DNA from: Chloroflexota bacterium
GTDB taxonomy: Bacteria > Chloroflexota > Dehalococcoidia > UBA2979
Assembly: GCA_016875635.1 (NCBI GenBank)
Contig: VGPD01000002.1
Location: 13,090 to 77,089, forward strand
Direction of reading: 5' to 3'
Length of the DNA stretch: 64,000 nucleotides
Within the stretch, counting starts at the first letter, position 1; each line of letters opens with the position of its first letter. Below are positions 44,889 through 54,649 of the stretch, one piece after another. A program made the position numbers and the translations under genes. The notes under the pieces are model-generated. The model worked only from the letters and a program-made list of their open reading frames with translations. It had not been told where the DNA came from and made no database searches.

Positions 44889-45884
44889 CTACCGGGCGTG
44901 CGGCTGGCGCGCCATGAGGGCCACTTCCTCCGAGTCACCGTAGACGAACAGCCGGTCACCCCGGCGTAGCGTCACATCGCCGTGGGGGCCCACTGTGAAG
45001 CCCTCGCCTTCCCGCTCCATACCCAGTACGTGCACTGCGGTGGCCTCGGCCGCCAGGGCCTCGAGCGTCCGCCCCGCCACGCCCCAGGGGGCGTCTTCCA
45101 CGACGACTTCCGCGAGGACATGGCCGCCGCCCGCCTCGATGGTGGTGATGCGGTCGACGAATTGGACCAGGGCGGGTTGCACGGCGGCGAGGGCCATCCG
45201 CCGTCCGCCGATCTGGTATGGCGAGACGACACTGTCCGCGCCGGCAGTCTTGAGCCGTCGCTCGGCTGAGTCGGAACCCGCCCGGGCCACGATGAAGAGG
45301 CCCGGGTTCAGCGCTCGGGCTGTCAGCACGATGTACGTGTTCTGCACGTCCGAGTCCGCCGCCGCGATCAACGTCCGGGCGCGCTCGATCCCGGCGTCAC
45401 GCAGCGTCGTCTCGTGCGTGGCGTCGCCGACCACGGTTGCGACGTGCGTCCCGGAGATCGAGGCGATCGCGGCCGTGTCCACGTCGACCACGACGTGATG
45501 GACGTTCCGGGCGGCCAGCATGTCCGCGGTCTCACGTCCGACCCGACCGAAGCCACAGATGATGACGTGGTCTTTCATCCGTCGCACCTTTCCACGATTC
45601 CGCCGCAATCCAAAGGCGTCGGCGACGCCGCCGACGATGACCGTCTCCACCTCGACCGTGACGACATAGAACAGGACACCGACGCCGACCAGCAGGTACG
45701 CGATCGTGAACGCTCGCCCGCTCGCGTCCAGCGGCCGTACCTCACCGTATCCGACGGTGGTGATGGAGATGACGGCCATGAACAGGCCGTCCTCGAACCC
45801 GAACCCCTCGACGATGCCGTACCAGACGGTCCCGACGACGACGACCGCGAGCAGCAGGGCGCCAAGGAAGATCGGGCGTCGCAC
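44889..45884 (-). CDS. potassium channel with RCK (TrkA-N/TrkA-C) domains
   Basis: Two TM helices flanking a selectivity filter TTVGYGE. A Rossmann GFGRVG follows, then a TrkA-C-like C-terminal domain. Confidence 0.7.
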   Translation of the reverse strand: MRRPIFLGALLLAVVVVGTVWYGIVEGFGFEDGLFMAVISITTVGYGEVRPLDASGRAFTIAYLLVGVGVLFYVVTVEVETVIVGGVADAFGLRRNRGKVRRMKDHVIICGFGRVGRETADMLAARNVHHVVVDVDTAAIASISGTHVATVVGDATHETTLRDAGIERARTLIAAADSDVQNTYIVLTARALNPGLFIVARAGSDSAERRLKTAGADSVVSPYQIGGRRMALAAVQPALVQFVDRITTIEAGGGHVLAEVVVEDAPWGVAGRTLEALAAEATAVHVLGMEREGEGFTVGPHGDVTLRRGDRLFVYGDSEEVALMARQPHAR

Positions 45885-45931
45885 GAGGGCGAGTCTCCGT
45901 CCGTAGCGGCTGTGAGGCGGCGGTGGCCCGG

Positions 45932-48259
45932 CTACCGCCCCGTCAGGTGCTTACGCTTGTGTGCGACGTAGTCGACCAACAGGTATTCGCCGAGCTTCTC
46001 GGGAGTGGTGTAGAAGACACGACCGCCGTTGATCTTCGCCAACTGGTTCACGAACTCCTTGAGGTAGTAGTTCCGGTCCAGCATGAACGTGTTGATCGTG
46101 ATCTCCTGCTGGGTCACGCGCTTCACGGCCTTCAGCGTCTCCCGGATCGTGACCGGGCTCGGCGGATAGGCGAACTGCGAGCGCCCGTTCTCGAGATGGG
46201 CCGTCGGTTCGCCATCCGAGATCATCAGGATCTGCTTCGTGCCGATTCGGTGTCTCGCGAGCAGCCGCTCTGCCAGCATCAGGGCGTGGTGCATGTTCGT
46301 GCCCAGCACGCTCTCGTCCCAGCGGACGTAGGGCAGTTCGTGCGGCTTCAACTCCCGTGCGTAGGCGGAGAAACCAATGATGTAGAGCGAGTCCTTCGGG
46401 TACTGGGCTTTGATCAAGTTCTGCAACGCCAGCGCGACCTTCTTCGCCGCCTGGAACGAACCACGCAGCGCCATCGACCAGGAGAGGTCGACCATCAGGA
46501 CGGTGGTCGTGGTCGTCACCAGCTCGCTGCGGTTGATCTCAAAGTCGTCCGGGCTCAGCTTGACCGGCGTGCCGGTGCCACCGCGCTCGATGGCGTTCAT
46601 CAGCGTCTTGCGCATGTCCAGGTGGAATGGGTCGCCGAACTCGTACGGCTTCGACTCGTCCAGGCGCTCGCCGTGGCGGCCAGACTCCGGGGCCGGGTGA
46701 TTGCCGAGTCCCTGCTTCTTCAACTGCTTGTAGATCTCGCCGAGGGCGGACTGGCCGATCATCCGCGTCCCCCGTGGCGTGAGCTTCCACTCGTCACCCT
46801 CACGGCGGACGTAACCGGCCTGTTCGAGGACCTCGAGCAGCTTCTTCAGCTCCTCGAACTGCTCGGCGGAGTCGTCGCCCAGCAGCTCGCGCAGCTGGGC
46901 GATGTCGACGGTGTCGAGGTCGCCGGTGTACTGGGCGCGCTCGAGGTCGTTCTCCAGGTCGTCCATGTTGTGCATCTCATTCATGAGACGCATCGCCTGT
47001 TCGAGGCCGACCTCTTCATCGCCGCGGAATGGGTAGGAGGAGGGATCGCCGCGGTTCGGGTTCAGGAACTCGAGGTTCTGGGCGAGCTGTGAAATCTCAT
47101 CCTCAAGCTCGGGGTCGCCGAGGTGCTGGGCGAGCATGTCCTGGAGCTGCTGGCGGTGGTCGCCGGGCATGCTGGCCATCAGCGACTGCATCGCCTGCAT
47201 CTGGGCCTGCATCTGCGCCATGAGTTCTTCGAGCGACTGCGGCGGGTTGTCGCCAAACATGTCGCCGAATTGCTCCATGAACGAGTCGAAGTCCGGTTCT
47301 TGCCCGCGCATCTTTTGCGCCAGCATGTCGTTCAGCGCGCGGACCATGTCCTTCATGCGCTGTTTGTCGCCGTCGGACATCTCCTCAACCATCTTCTGGA
47401 CATCTTTGAAGAACTGGCCGGTCATCGCCTGGCGCAACTGGTCGACGAGCTCCTGGAACTTGTGCTGCGCCTCCGGGTTCAGGAACTCGTAGTCATGGAG
47501 CGCCTTCATCTGGCCAGGCGCGTCGCCGGGGAGGTCTTCCAGGAATTGCTGCTTCCGCTCCGCGATCCGCTGGAGCATCTCGCGGAACTGCTGCTCCGGG
47601 TCGCCGCCACCCGAGGGCTGACCGCTGCTGGACTCGGTGCCGCCGGCGTCGCCGGGCTGCGCGTCCTGACCGGGCTGTGACCCTTGCTGGCGCTGTCCCT
47701 GCTGCCCGCGCTGCCCCATCGGAGACGGGCGGTCGCCCTGGCCGGGTTGGCCGTCGTCCGTCGCGTCCTCGCCGCCGTCCGCACCTTCGCTGGCCTGTTG
47801 CTGACCGCGCTCGCCCCGCTGTCCCTGAGGCGACTGCTGTCCGCGTTGTCCCTGCTGCTGCTCGCCGCGCGGGCCGCCGTCCTGCTGGTCAGCGTTGGGC
47901 TGGGTCTCGTCCTGTGCCCCCTGGGGCTGTTCGCCGGCCAGACGGTCCTGCAGCGTGTCGCGCTCCATCTGGAGGATCTCCTCCAGCTGGCGCTTGATGT
48001 CCTCCATCACTCCGCCCAGGTCGAACTGGTCGAGGCGTTCGCGGCGCTGCTGTCGGAGTTCTTGTAGCAGGTCGCGCAGACCCTGCATGCGGTCGCCCTG
48101 CTGGTTGCGCATCCCGCGCTGCATCAGGTTCCGCAGGGCGTGCTGCAGGTCGCCGAAGTTCATGATGTCGTCGGAGAGGGCCTCGATCACCTTGTCGGCG
48201 TCGAGTCCGGGGATCGACTGCGTGCCATCCCATTCGCTGTACCGGTACGCCAGCGGCAT
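45932..48259 (-). CDS. VWA-domain protein with long Gln/Gly/acidic disordered linker
   Basis: C-terminal VWA (VLMVDLSWSM...ISDGEPT, MIDAS-like DxSxS). Central QG-rich low-complexity stretch of about 150 aa. Confidence 0.6.
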   Translation of the reverse strand: MPLAYRYSEWDGTQSIPGLDADKVIEALSDDIMNFGDLQHALRNLMQRGMRNQQGDRMQGLRDLLQELRQQRRERLDQFDLGGVMEDIKRQLEEILQMERDTLQDRLAGEQPQGAQDETQPNADQQDGGPRGEQQQGQRGQQSPQGQRGERGQQQASEGADGGEDATDDGQPGQGDRPSPMGQRGQQGQRQQGSQPGQDAQPGDAGGTESSSGQPSGGGDPEQQFREMLQRIAERKQQFLEDLPGDAPGQMKALHDYEFLNPEAQHKFQELVDQLRQAMTGQFFKDVQKMVEEMSDGDKQRMKDMVRALNDMLAQKMRGQEPDFDSFMEQFGDMFGDNPPQSLEELMAQMQAQMQAMQSLMASMPGDHRQQLQDMLAQHLGDPELEDEISQLAQNLEFLNPNRGDPSSYPFRGDEEVGLEQAMRLMNEMHNMDDLENDLERAQYTGDLDTVDIAQLRELLGDDSAEQFEELKKLLEVLEQAGYVRREGDEWKLTPRGTRMIGQSALGEIYKQLKKQGLGNHPAPESGRHGERLDESKPYEFGDPFHLDMRKTLMNAIERGGTGTPVKLSPDDFEINRSELVTTTTTVLMVDLSWSMALRGSFQAAKKVALALQNLIKAQYPKDSLYIIGFSAYARELKPHELPYVRWDESVLGTNMHHALMLAERLLARHRIGTKQILMISDGEPTAHLENGRSQFAYPPSPVTIRETLKAVKRVTQQEITINTFMLDRNYYLKEFVNQLAKINGGRVFYTTPEKLGEYLLVDYVAHKRKHLTGR

Positions 48260-48287
48260 TTGCCGACTCGCTTCCCGCGCGCCGCGA

Positions 48288-49688
48288 CTACCCGCGGTAG
48301 AGCGCCTGCCCCGTCGACTTGTCCTTGTTCAATCGCTTGTTGAGGTGGAGCCCTTCGAGGATGAACTCGATGGCGGAAGCCTGCACTTCAGGGCGTTCGT
48401 CGCGCGTGATCTCGCCCACCAGTGGGGCCAGTCCGTCGATCTCCTTCAAGAGCCGCTGGTACTCGCCTGCGCGCATCACCTCGCCGACCTCGACGTGGCG
48501 TCCTGAGCGGAACGATTCGACGACGGCCTCGGTGTCGGCGTCACCCATGACGCGATTGAACGTGGCGACGATCGCGCCCTGGATCAGGCGGTCGAGGATC
48601 TGCTCGTCCTTGCCCTCTTCGACCGTCTCGAACTCCACCTTGCCCTGCAAGGCGGGGATGATGAACGGCAGGTCAGAGATGCGAGGCACGACCACGCTGT
48701 CGCCAAGGCGGATTGCCCGGCGCATCGCGTTCGCGATGAGCGCCTCGTAGTTCGCGACGGAGGCGCGGACGGAGACGCCGGAGCGCTGGCTGATGTCCGG
48801 GGAGCGGCGCGCCAAGCGGGAGATTTCTGCGATGATCTGCTTCATGAACTCTGGGACGACCACGGGGAACTCGCCGCCGACCAGCCCGGTGGTCTCGGCC
48901 TCCATGATCGCGATCTCGTGCTCAATGGTCCGTGGGTAGTGTGTCCGGATCTGGGAACCGTAGCGGTCCTTCAGAGGCGTGATAATCCGGCCTCGGTTGG
49001 TGTAGTCCTCGGGGTTCGCCGTCGCGACGACGAGGACGTCCAGCGGCAGGCGCACCTTGTGGCCTCGGATCTGGACGTCGCGCTCCTCCATCACATTGAG
49101 CAGGCCGACCTGGATGCGCTCCTGGAGGTCAGGCAACTCGTTGATGGCGAAGATGCCGCGGTTGGTGTGCGGGATCAGGCCATAGTGGATCGTCAGCTCG
49201 TCGGACAGGTAGCGGCCTTCCGCCACCTTGATCGGGTCGATCTCGCCGATGAGGTCAGCGATCGTGATGTCCGGGGTGGCGAGTTTTTCGCCGTAGCGCT
49301 CGGAACGATGCATCCATTCGATCGGGGTCTGGTCCCCCTTCTCCGCGACAATCGCCTGCGCCGCAGGCGTCATCGGGTTGAACGGGTCCTCCGGGATTTC
49401 GCATCCCTCGATGATCGGCGTCCACTCGTCGAGGAGCGAGGTCAGAGCGCGGATGATGCGCGACTTCGCCTGGCCGCGCTCGCCCAGCAGGATGATGTCC
49501 TGCCCGCTGAGGATCGCGTTCTCCAGTTGTGGGAGGACGGTCTCCTCGTACCCGACGATGCCGGGGAATCGGTCCTCCCCGCTGCGGATGCGCGCGATGA
49601 GATTGTTTCGCATCTCCTCACGCACCGGCAGGACGCGAACGCCCGCCGCCTTCAATGCACCGAGGGTGGCTGGTCGTTCATTCGCCAA
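48288..49688 (-). CDS. ChlI/MoxR-like AAA+ ATPase
   Basis: Walker A GERGQAKS, Walker B/sensor (IFAINELPD, VVATANPED). About 30 nt from the VWA gene on the same strand. Confidence 0.6.
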   Translation of the reverse strand: MANERPATLGALKAAGVRVLPVREEMRNNLIARIRSGEDRFPGIVGYEETVLPQLENAILSGQDIILLGERGQAKSRIIRALTSLLDEWTPIIEGCEIPEDPFNPMTPAAQAIVAEKGDQTPIEWMHRSERYGEKLATPDITIADLIGEIDPIKVAEGRYLSDELTIHYGLIPHTNRGIFAINELPDLQERIQVGLLNVMEERDVQIRGHKVRLPLDVLVVATANPEDYTNRGRIITPLKDRYGSQIRTHYPRTIEHEIAIMEAETTGLVGGEFPVVVPEFMKQIIAEISRLARRSPDISQRSGVSVRASVANYEALIANAMRRAIRLGDSVVVPRISDLPFIIPALQGKVEFETVEEGKDEQILDRLIQGAIVATFNRVMGDADTEAVVESFRSGRHVEVGEVMRAGEYQRLLKEIDGLAPLVGEITRDERPEVQASAIEFILEGLHLNKRLNKDKSTGQALYRG

Positions 49689-49899
49689 GGTCGTGTTCCC
49701 TCCGCCGCTCCGCAGGCCGTCAGTATAGCCGTCTGTCGAGTGCCGTCTGCGTCGGGCACGCCCGGTCGCAACCGGACCCGGCGCATCGAGAGGTGCGGCC
49801 GTGGCGCGTTCACAGAACCGGACGCCTTGAGGCGATCGAAAGGCCCCTGCGTTCGGCAGAGGCCTCGATGGAGGAGTTGCCCACCGCTGGGGCGGGGGA

Positions 49900-50220
49900 T
49901 TACATCGCTGCTTCGGCGAGTTCCCCGACCGGGATGCGGTCGCGCAATTGCTCCACGGCCCGGCCGAGCAGGGAGTTGCGGACGACGATCACGTCCGGCA
50001 ACTCAAGCAAGTCGCCGAGTGAGACGTTCAACGCGGACGCCACGCCCATCAGCGTGGAGAGCGGCATGTCGCGTTTGCCGTTCTCGTAATTGGACAGCGA
50101 TGCCTGGGTAATGCCGGCCCGTCGGGCAACATCAGCCTGGGACAGTTCGCGGCGCAGGCGCCATTCTCGGATATTCACGCCGACGTCGCAGCGCAGGGCG
50201 ATGCGGGATGTGTCATTCAT
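49900..50220 (-). CDS. XRE-family helix-turn-helix transcriptional regulator
   Basis: LRRELSQADVARRAGITQASLSNYENGKR is an HTH_3 motif. Confidence 0.6.
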   Translation of the reverse strand: MNDTSRIALRCDVGVNIREWRLRRELSQADVARRAGITQASLSNYENGKRDMPLSTLMGVASALNVSLGDLLELPDVIVVRNSLLGRAVEQLRDRIPVGELAEAAM

Positions 50221-50402
50221 CGTCGTGTCCTCAGTGCCCGTGGAGGGCCGCGCTGCCGTTTGCTGGATGCTCGGAAACCGATATCAGAGTGACGGAATGA
50301 TGGCCTATGCGCGACGCCGTTGCAAGCCCCCCTCCGTACGGAAGTCGGGACGGATTTACGTTTGCCAGACGGTTGTCAGATTCGGGCGGCCGGTTCGAAT
50401 GG

Positions 50403-51122
50403 TCAGGGTTGGATCTGGATGACGGCCTGGCGCCCCACTTTCAGCACCCAGTCGGCTCCATCGTCGGCGACGTTGAACCAGATGTCGCGGTGCAGTCCAT
50501 GGACCAGGTTGCCCGTGTCATGGCAAACGTATTCGCGCTGTTCCGGGTCGCCTTCGATGCGGAACCGCTGGCCGAGGTAGGCGATGTCGCACGCAGCGGC
50601 GCCGGGCCGTACGACGGAGCCATCACGCATGTGGCCACAGAATCCGCCCCCGTCTCCAATGACGGCGGCGTTCCGCCCGGCCTCGCAGTAGTAATACGAC
50701 AGCGTGACCCCGATCCGGTCGCCTTCCCGAAGAGGAGGCACGGTGACCCGGGCGACGTCGGCGGACGGAGCCCCGGTGCGCGAGGCCTCGAAGGGCTGGG
50801 CGCTGGCCGGGATGACGGACGGTATTGGTTCCGCACGCTCGGTGCGGACGAAGGGGGAGCGCAGTTCTCCCGGGGCGGTGGGGAGCATGGAGGCGGCGGC
50901 GCTGGTTGCTCCGCTGACGGACGCAGGCGGGCGCACGCCGACTGCGAAGGCGGCGACCCCGATCGCCAGGGCGACAGCGAAACCGCTGCCCGCAGCGACT
51001 GCTGCGCGCACCAGCACACGCCGCAGCGCGCGAACCATCGAACCGCGAATCTTCCCCGCCATCCCGTCGAGTATGTCAGCCGAACCCGTCAGGGAACGCG
51101 GAGGCGGGGTGAACTTATCCAC
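50403..51122 (-). CDS. membrane-anchored 3D-domain (MltA/RlpA-like DPBB) protein
   Basis: C-terminal YYCEAGRNAAVIGDGGGFCGHMRDGSVV...DIAYLGQRFRIEGD...VCHDTGN matches the 3D domain. N-terminal TM helix. Confidence 0.5.
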   Translation of the reverse strand: MDKFTPPPRSLTGSADILDGMAGKIRGSMVRALRRVLVRAAVAAGSGFAVALAIGVAAFAVGVRPPASVSGATSAAASMLPTAPGELRSPFVRTERAEPIPSVIPASAQPFEASRTGAPSADVARVTVPPLREGDRIGVTLSYYYCEAGRNAAVIGDGGGFCGHMRDGSVVRPGAAACDIAYLGQRFRIEGDPEQREYVCHDTGNLVHGLHRDIWFNVADDGADWVLKVGRQAVIQIQP

Positions 51123-51253
51123 ACGTCATCCACAGACCAGTGCTCTCGAATCTGAGCGAACGAACATAACGTGTGTCTCCAGGTTCTTCCCGCTGCGGGC
51201 TTTCATGTAATGGGGGGCACGCGGATGTGTGCATACGTTGACCGAGGATCGCG

Positions 51254-51720
51254 ATGGCCCTCCATCCGTCGATGCCGCGCGATGAAGTTGTCGCCAACCT
51301 GACCGCAGGCGCGATTGTCGGCGTGGTCGCGATCCCCCTCTCGATCACCCTCGCGGTGGCGGTCGGAGTCTCACCGATCAGTGGCCTCAATACAGCGGCC
51401 TTCGCCGGTGCGGTGGCCTCGATCGTCGGTGGCTCCCGTTTCAGCATCACCGTCCGACGGCGGCGCTCGTCCCACTGCTCGCCCACGCGGTGCTGCAGTA
51501 CGGGATCGAGATCCTTCAGCTGCTTGGCGTGATGACGTGGGGGCACGGATCGTGCTCACCGACGTGCAGCCCGAGGTGCTTCAGGCGCTGCGTCGCTTCG
51601 GGATCATCGACCTGGTCGGCGTGGATGCCGTGTTCGCGCGGGCGGAGGATGCCGTGTCGGCCCTCACCGGGGCAGCGCACGCGGATACCGGCGTGGCTGG
51701 CGCCTTACGCGCTGGTCGGG
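51254..51720 (+). pseudogene. SulP-family anion transporter remnant (N-terminal TM1 fragment and C-terminal STAS fragment; middle about 400 aa missing, frames broken)
   Basis: Frame 1 carries LTAGAIVGVVAIPLSITLAVAVGVSPISGL..AG.VASIVGGSRF (SulP N-terminus). Frame 3 carries ARIVLTDVQPEVLQALRRFGIIDLVG (STAS C-terminus). Confidence 0.5.
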
Positions 51721-51722
51721 CG

Positions 51723-53069
51723 CTAGCCCAGCAGTCCCTCGACGCGCAGGTCGGCGACCGCGGCCTCGAAGGCGCGCACGGTGTCTTCGACTTCACGCTC
51801 GCCGTGTGTGCTGGAGATCATCCCGCCGTTGCCCATCAGGTCCACGCCGTGGTTGTAAAGCGCCTGGCGAAGCGGACGCGTCAGCGCGGGTTCAATGCCA
51901 CGCGGCTCCTCGGCGGCGTCCCACTCGACATCTGTCGGGAAGGGTGCGGGAGCGCCGAGATTCAGGTGCCACATCGAGGAGACCGCCCACGCGGAGCCGG
52001 GGACGGACTGGCGGCGGAAGAGGTCGTTCAGCCCGTGGACGAGTTGTTCGGCGGTGACGTCGGCGCGTTCGCACTCGCCGCCCGCGGCGATCAGGCGGAG
52101 CGCGGTCAGGCCGGCGGCGGCGCACACCGGGTTCGCGTTGAACGTCCCCTGGTGGCTGATCCGCTGCTTCCCGTTCCATTCGATGTCGCCCTCGCGCAGT
52201 TCGAGGTACTCGAGGATATCCGCCCGCCCGACGACCGCTCCGCCGGGGAGCCCCCCCGCCACGATCTTCGCGATGGACGAGAGGTCCGGCATGATGCCAT
52301 ACCGCTCCTGCGCGCCGCCTGGCGCCATACGGAAGCCGGTGATCACCTCATCCATGATGAACAGCGTGCCCATCTCCTTCGTGAGCCGTCGTGCCTCGCG
52401 CAGGTACGAGGGCGAGAGCGGGTGCGTGCCCCAGTGCGCCCCCGTCGGTTCGAGGATCACCGCGGCGACGTCGCGGCTGCGCAGCGCGTCTTCCAGCGCC
52501 TTCACGTCGCCCGCCGGGACGATCGTGAGCGCGTCGTAGAACCCCTCGGGTACTCCGACCGAGGGGTGGTGCTGGTCCTCGCCGATGAGCCGGCCGACCA
52601 CGAGGTCGTTCCAGCCGTGGAAGTGCTCTTCCAGCTTCACCACGCGCTCGCGGCCGGTGAACGCGCGCGCGAGGCGGAGCGCCATCATCGTCGCCTCGGT
52701 GCCGCTCGCCGTGAACCTCACCCGCTCGGCGCACGGCACCATGTCGATCACCTGGCGGCCCCATGCGACTTCGAGGTCGTGGGAAGAGCCGAAGTGCGTC
52801 CCCCGCTCCAGTGCCTCACGGATCGCGGCGACGACCTCGGGCCGGTTGTGGCCGAGCAGCAGGGCGCCGTGCCCGCCGATGTAGTCCACGTACTCGTTGC
52901 CGTCGACGTCCCACTTGCGCGGCCCGGCGGCGCGCTGCACGTAGATCGGGAACGGCTGGAAGGCGCGAGCGTCGTGCGTGACGCCGGACGGGAAGACGCC
53001 GGCCGCCTGCGCCGCGAGCTTGCTGGAGCCGCGGTGCATCGCTTCGTACGTCTCAAGGATCGAAGACAT
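51723..53069 (-). CDS. class-III (PLP-dependent) aminotransferase, glutamate-1-semialdehyde aminomutase-like
   Basis: GGHGALLLGHN, FIMDEVITGFR, and a conserved PLP-lysine region. 448 aa. Confidence 0.65.
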   Translation of the reverse strand: MSSILETYEAMHRGSSKLAAQAAGVFPSGVTHDARAFQPFPIYVQRAAGPRKWDVDGNEYVDYIGGHGALLLGHNRPEVVAAIREALERGTHFGSSHDLEVAWGRQVIDMVPCAERVRFTASGTEATMMALRLARAFTGRERVVKLEEHFHGWNDLVVGRLIGEDQHHPSVGVPEGFYDALTIVPAGDVKALEDALRSRDVAAVILEPTGAHWGTHPLSPSYLREARRLTKEMGTLFIMDEVITGFRMAPGGAQERYGIMPDLSSIAKIVAGGLPGGAVVGRADILEYLELREGDIEWNGKQRISHQGTFNANPVCAAAGLTALRLIAAGGECERADVTAEQLVHGLNDLFRRQSVPGSAWAVSSMWHLNLGAPAPFPTDVEWDAAEEPRGIEPALTRPLRQALYNHGVDLMGNGGMISSTHGEREVEDTVRAFEAAVADLRVEGLLG

Positions 53070-53154
53070 GGGCTGCGCCCTCCGTCACCGGCCCGCGCCG
53101 GGGCTCATCAGTGTCGCCGCCCCCGCCCCACCGAGGCAAGCGGAACGCGGGGCG

Positions 53155-53985
53155 CTAATCGATCAGTTGGTCTCGCGTTACTTCGACCTCATCGAGAAAT
53201 GCGCGGACGGTCGTGTTCCACTCCGCCGGGCGCTCGAAATAGGTCGAGTGGCCGGCATCGCGCAGGAGGTGGAAGCGAGAGCCGGGGGTCAGGTCGTGCG
53301 AGATCCGGATCAGGTCCGGAGGCATGACGCGGTCGTGTTCGCCGACGATCCAGAGGATCGGCAGGCCGCTCTCGACGAGCCTCGACGCCGTCGAGCCGCG
53401 GTAGTTCACCATCCGCCCGGTGGGGGCGAGGAAGTCGCGCTCGCGCTTCGGGTTGAGCGCTCGGACGCGGGCGTACAGGTACGCCATCGCCGGGTCTTCC
53501 TGCGCGAATCCGTCCTTCAGCGCGCGGCGCAGCAGCGAACCGGCCAGCGTCCCGTCCGCCTCCAACTCCACCTTTCGCGCTCGGTAGCGGTCGTCCACGC
53601 ACCCGGCGTTCGTGCCGGAGAAGACCAGCGAGGCGAACCGTCCCGGCTCGCGCGAGAGCAGTCCGAAGGCGCTGCGCCCGCCCATCGAGTGCGCCACGAA
53701 GTGGACGCGCTCGACGGCCAGGTGTTCCAGCAGCGCACGGATGTCCGGGCCGAACGCCACCCGCCCGGGGCCTTCATCGATGTCTGGCGAGCGGCCGAAG
53801 GCGCGGTGGTCGAAGGTGATGACGGGGTAGACCTCGGCGAGGGCGGGCACCTGTTGCCACCAGGACATCGCGTTTCCGCCAGCACCGTGCGCGAGCAGCA
53901 CGGGCGTGCGCGAGGTCTCGGACGGCTTCGGGCCGTGCGTCTCGTAGTACAGGCGGAAGCCGTCAGCGAGGTCGAGGTGCGGCAC
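53155..53985 (-). CDS. alpha/beta hydrolase (enol-lactonase-like)
   Basis: VLLAHGAGGN and HSMGG nucleophile elbow. 276 aa. Confidence 0.6.
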   Translation of the reverse strand: MPHLDLADGFRLYYETHGPKPSETSRTPVLLAHGAGGNAMSWWQQVPALAEVYPVITFDHRAFGRSPDIDEGPGRVAFGPDIRALLEHLAVERVHFVAHSMGGRSAFGLLSREPGRFASLVFSGTNAGCVDDRYRARKVELEADGTLAGSLLRRALKDGFAQEDPAMAYLYARVRALNPKRERDFLAPTGRMVNYRGSTASRLVESGLPILWIVGEHDRVMPPDLIRISHDLTPGSRFHLLRDAGHSTYFERPAEWNTTVRAFLDEVEVTRDQLID

Positions 53986-54475
53986 GTTCGACCATCCCTC
54001 CGTCCCACGGCTCCCCCGTGGCGTTGCTGATCGCGCTCAACATGTCCTCGACGTCGCCCCGGAGTTTCTCATCCGGGTCGAGGGCCAGCGCGCGCAGGAA
54101 GAGCGTCTTCGCCGCGGCGTAGTGTCGCGCTGCGTCGCCGTCGACCGGCTGATGCGCCCGCTTCGGCCGTCGCAGCTCCTCCGCGACGAACTCGGTACAC
54201 CACCCGGCTGAGTAGAGGACGTACGGGTCTGCCGGGGAGGCTTCGACGGCACGTCCGAGGACAGCGAGCCCGTCCGCGAACCGTCGCCTCCGCGTGACCA
54301 GTGTCTGCCCGAGGTAGGAGAGCGCCTCGCCGAACTCCGGCCACCGCGCCACCACGGCCTGTGCCACTTCGAGCGCCGCATCGATCTCTCCCGCCGCATG
54401 CAGGTCCATCGCCGCACGGAACGCGGCGCGGGCCTCGGGCGGGAAGTCAGGAGGGACATCGCGCGGCTCGGGCAT
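53963..54475 (-). CDS. TPR-like repeat protein
   Basis: Helical repeats. The ORF-track 5' part was trimmed because it runs antisense through the tRNA-Arg gene. Start at ATG (MPEPRD). Confidence 0.35.
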   Translation of the reverse strand: MPEPRDVPPDFPPEARAAFRAAMDLHAAGEIDAALEVAQAVVARWPEFGEALSYLGQTLVTRRRRFADGLAVLGRAVEASPADPYVLYSAGWCTEFVAEELRRPKRAHQPVDGDAARHYAAAKTLFLRALALDPDEKLRGDVEDMLSAISNATGEPWDGGMVERAAPRPR

Positions 54476-54519
54476 GCCTCGATGATACGCAACGCGCGAG
54501 GCGGCTAAACTGTCAGCAT

Positions 54520-54595
54520 GCGCCGGTAGCTCAGGGGATAGAGCAATAGTCTTCGGAACTATCGGTCGGGGGTTCGAATCCCTCCCGGCGCACCA
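54520..54595 (+). tRNA. tRNA-Arg (anticodon TCG)
   Basis: Hand-folded cloverleaf: acceptor GCGCCGG/CCGGCGC, D-arm GCTC..GAGC, anticodon stem ATAGT/ACTAT with loop CTTCGGA, T-arm GGGGG-TTCGAAT-CCCTC, discriminator A, CCA. Confidence 0.75.
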
Positions 54596-54649
54596 TGCAC
54601 ACCAAGTGAGGCCACTCGTATGCTGCCCTCGTATCCGGGGAGGCTGTCG

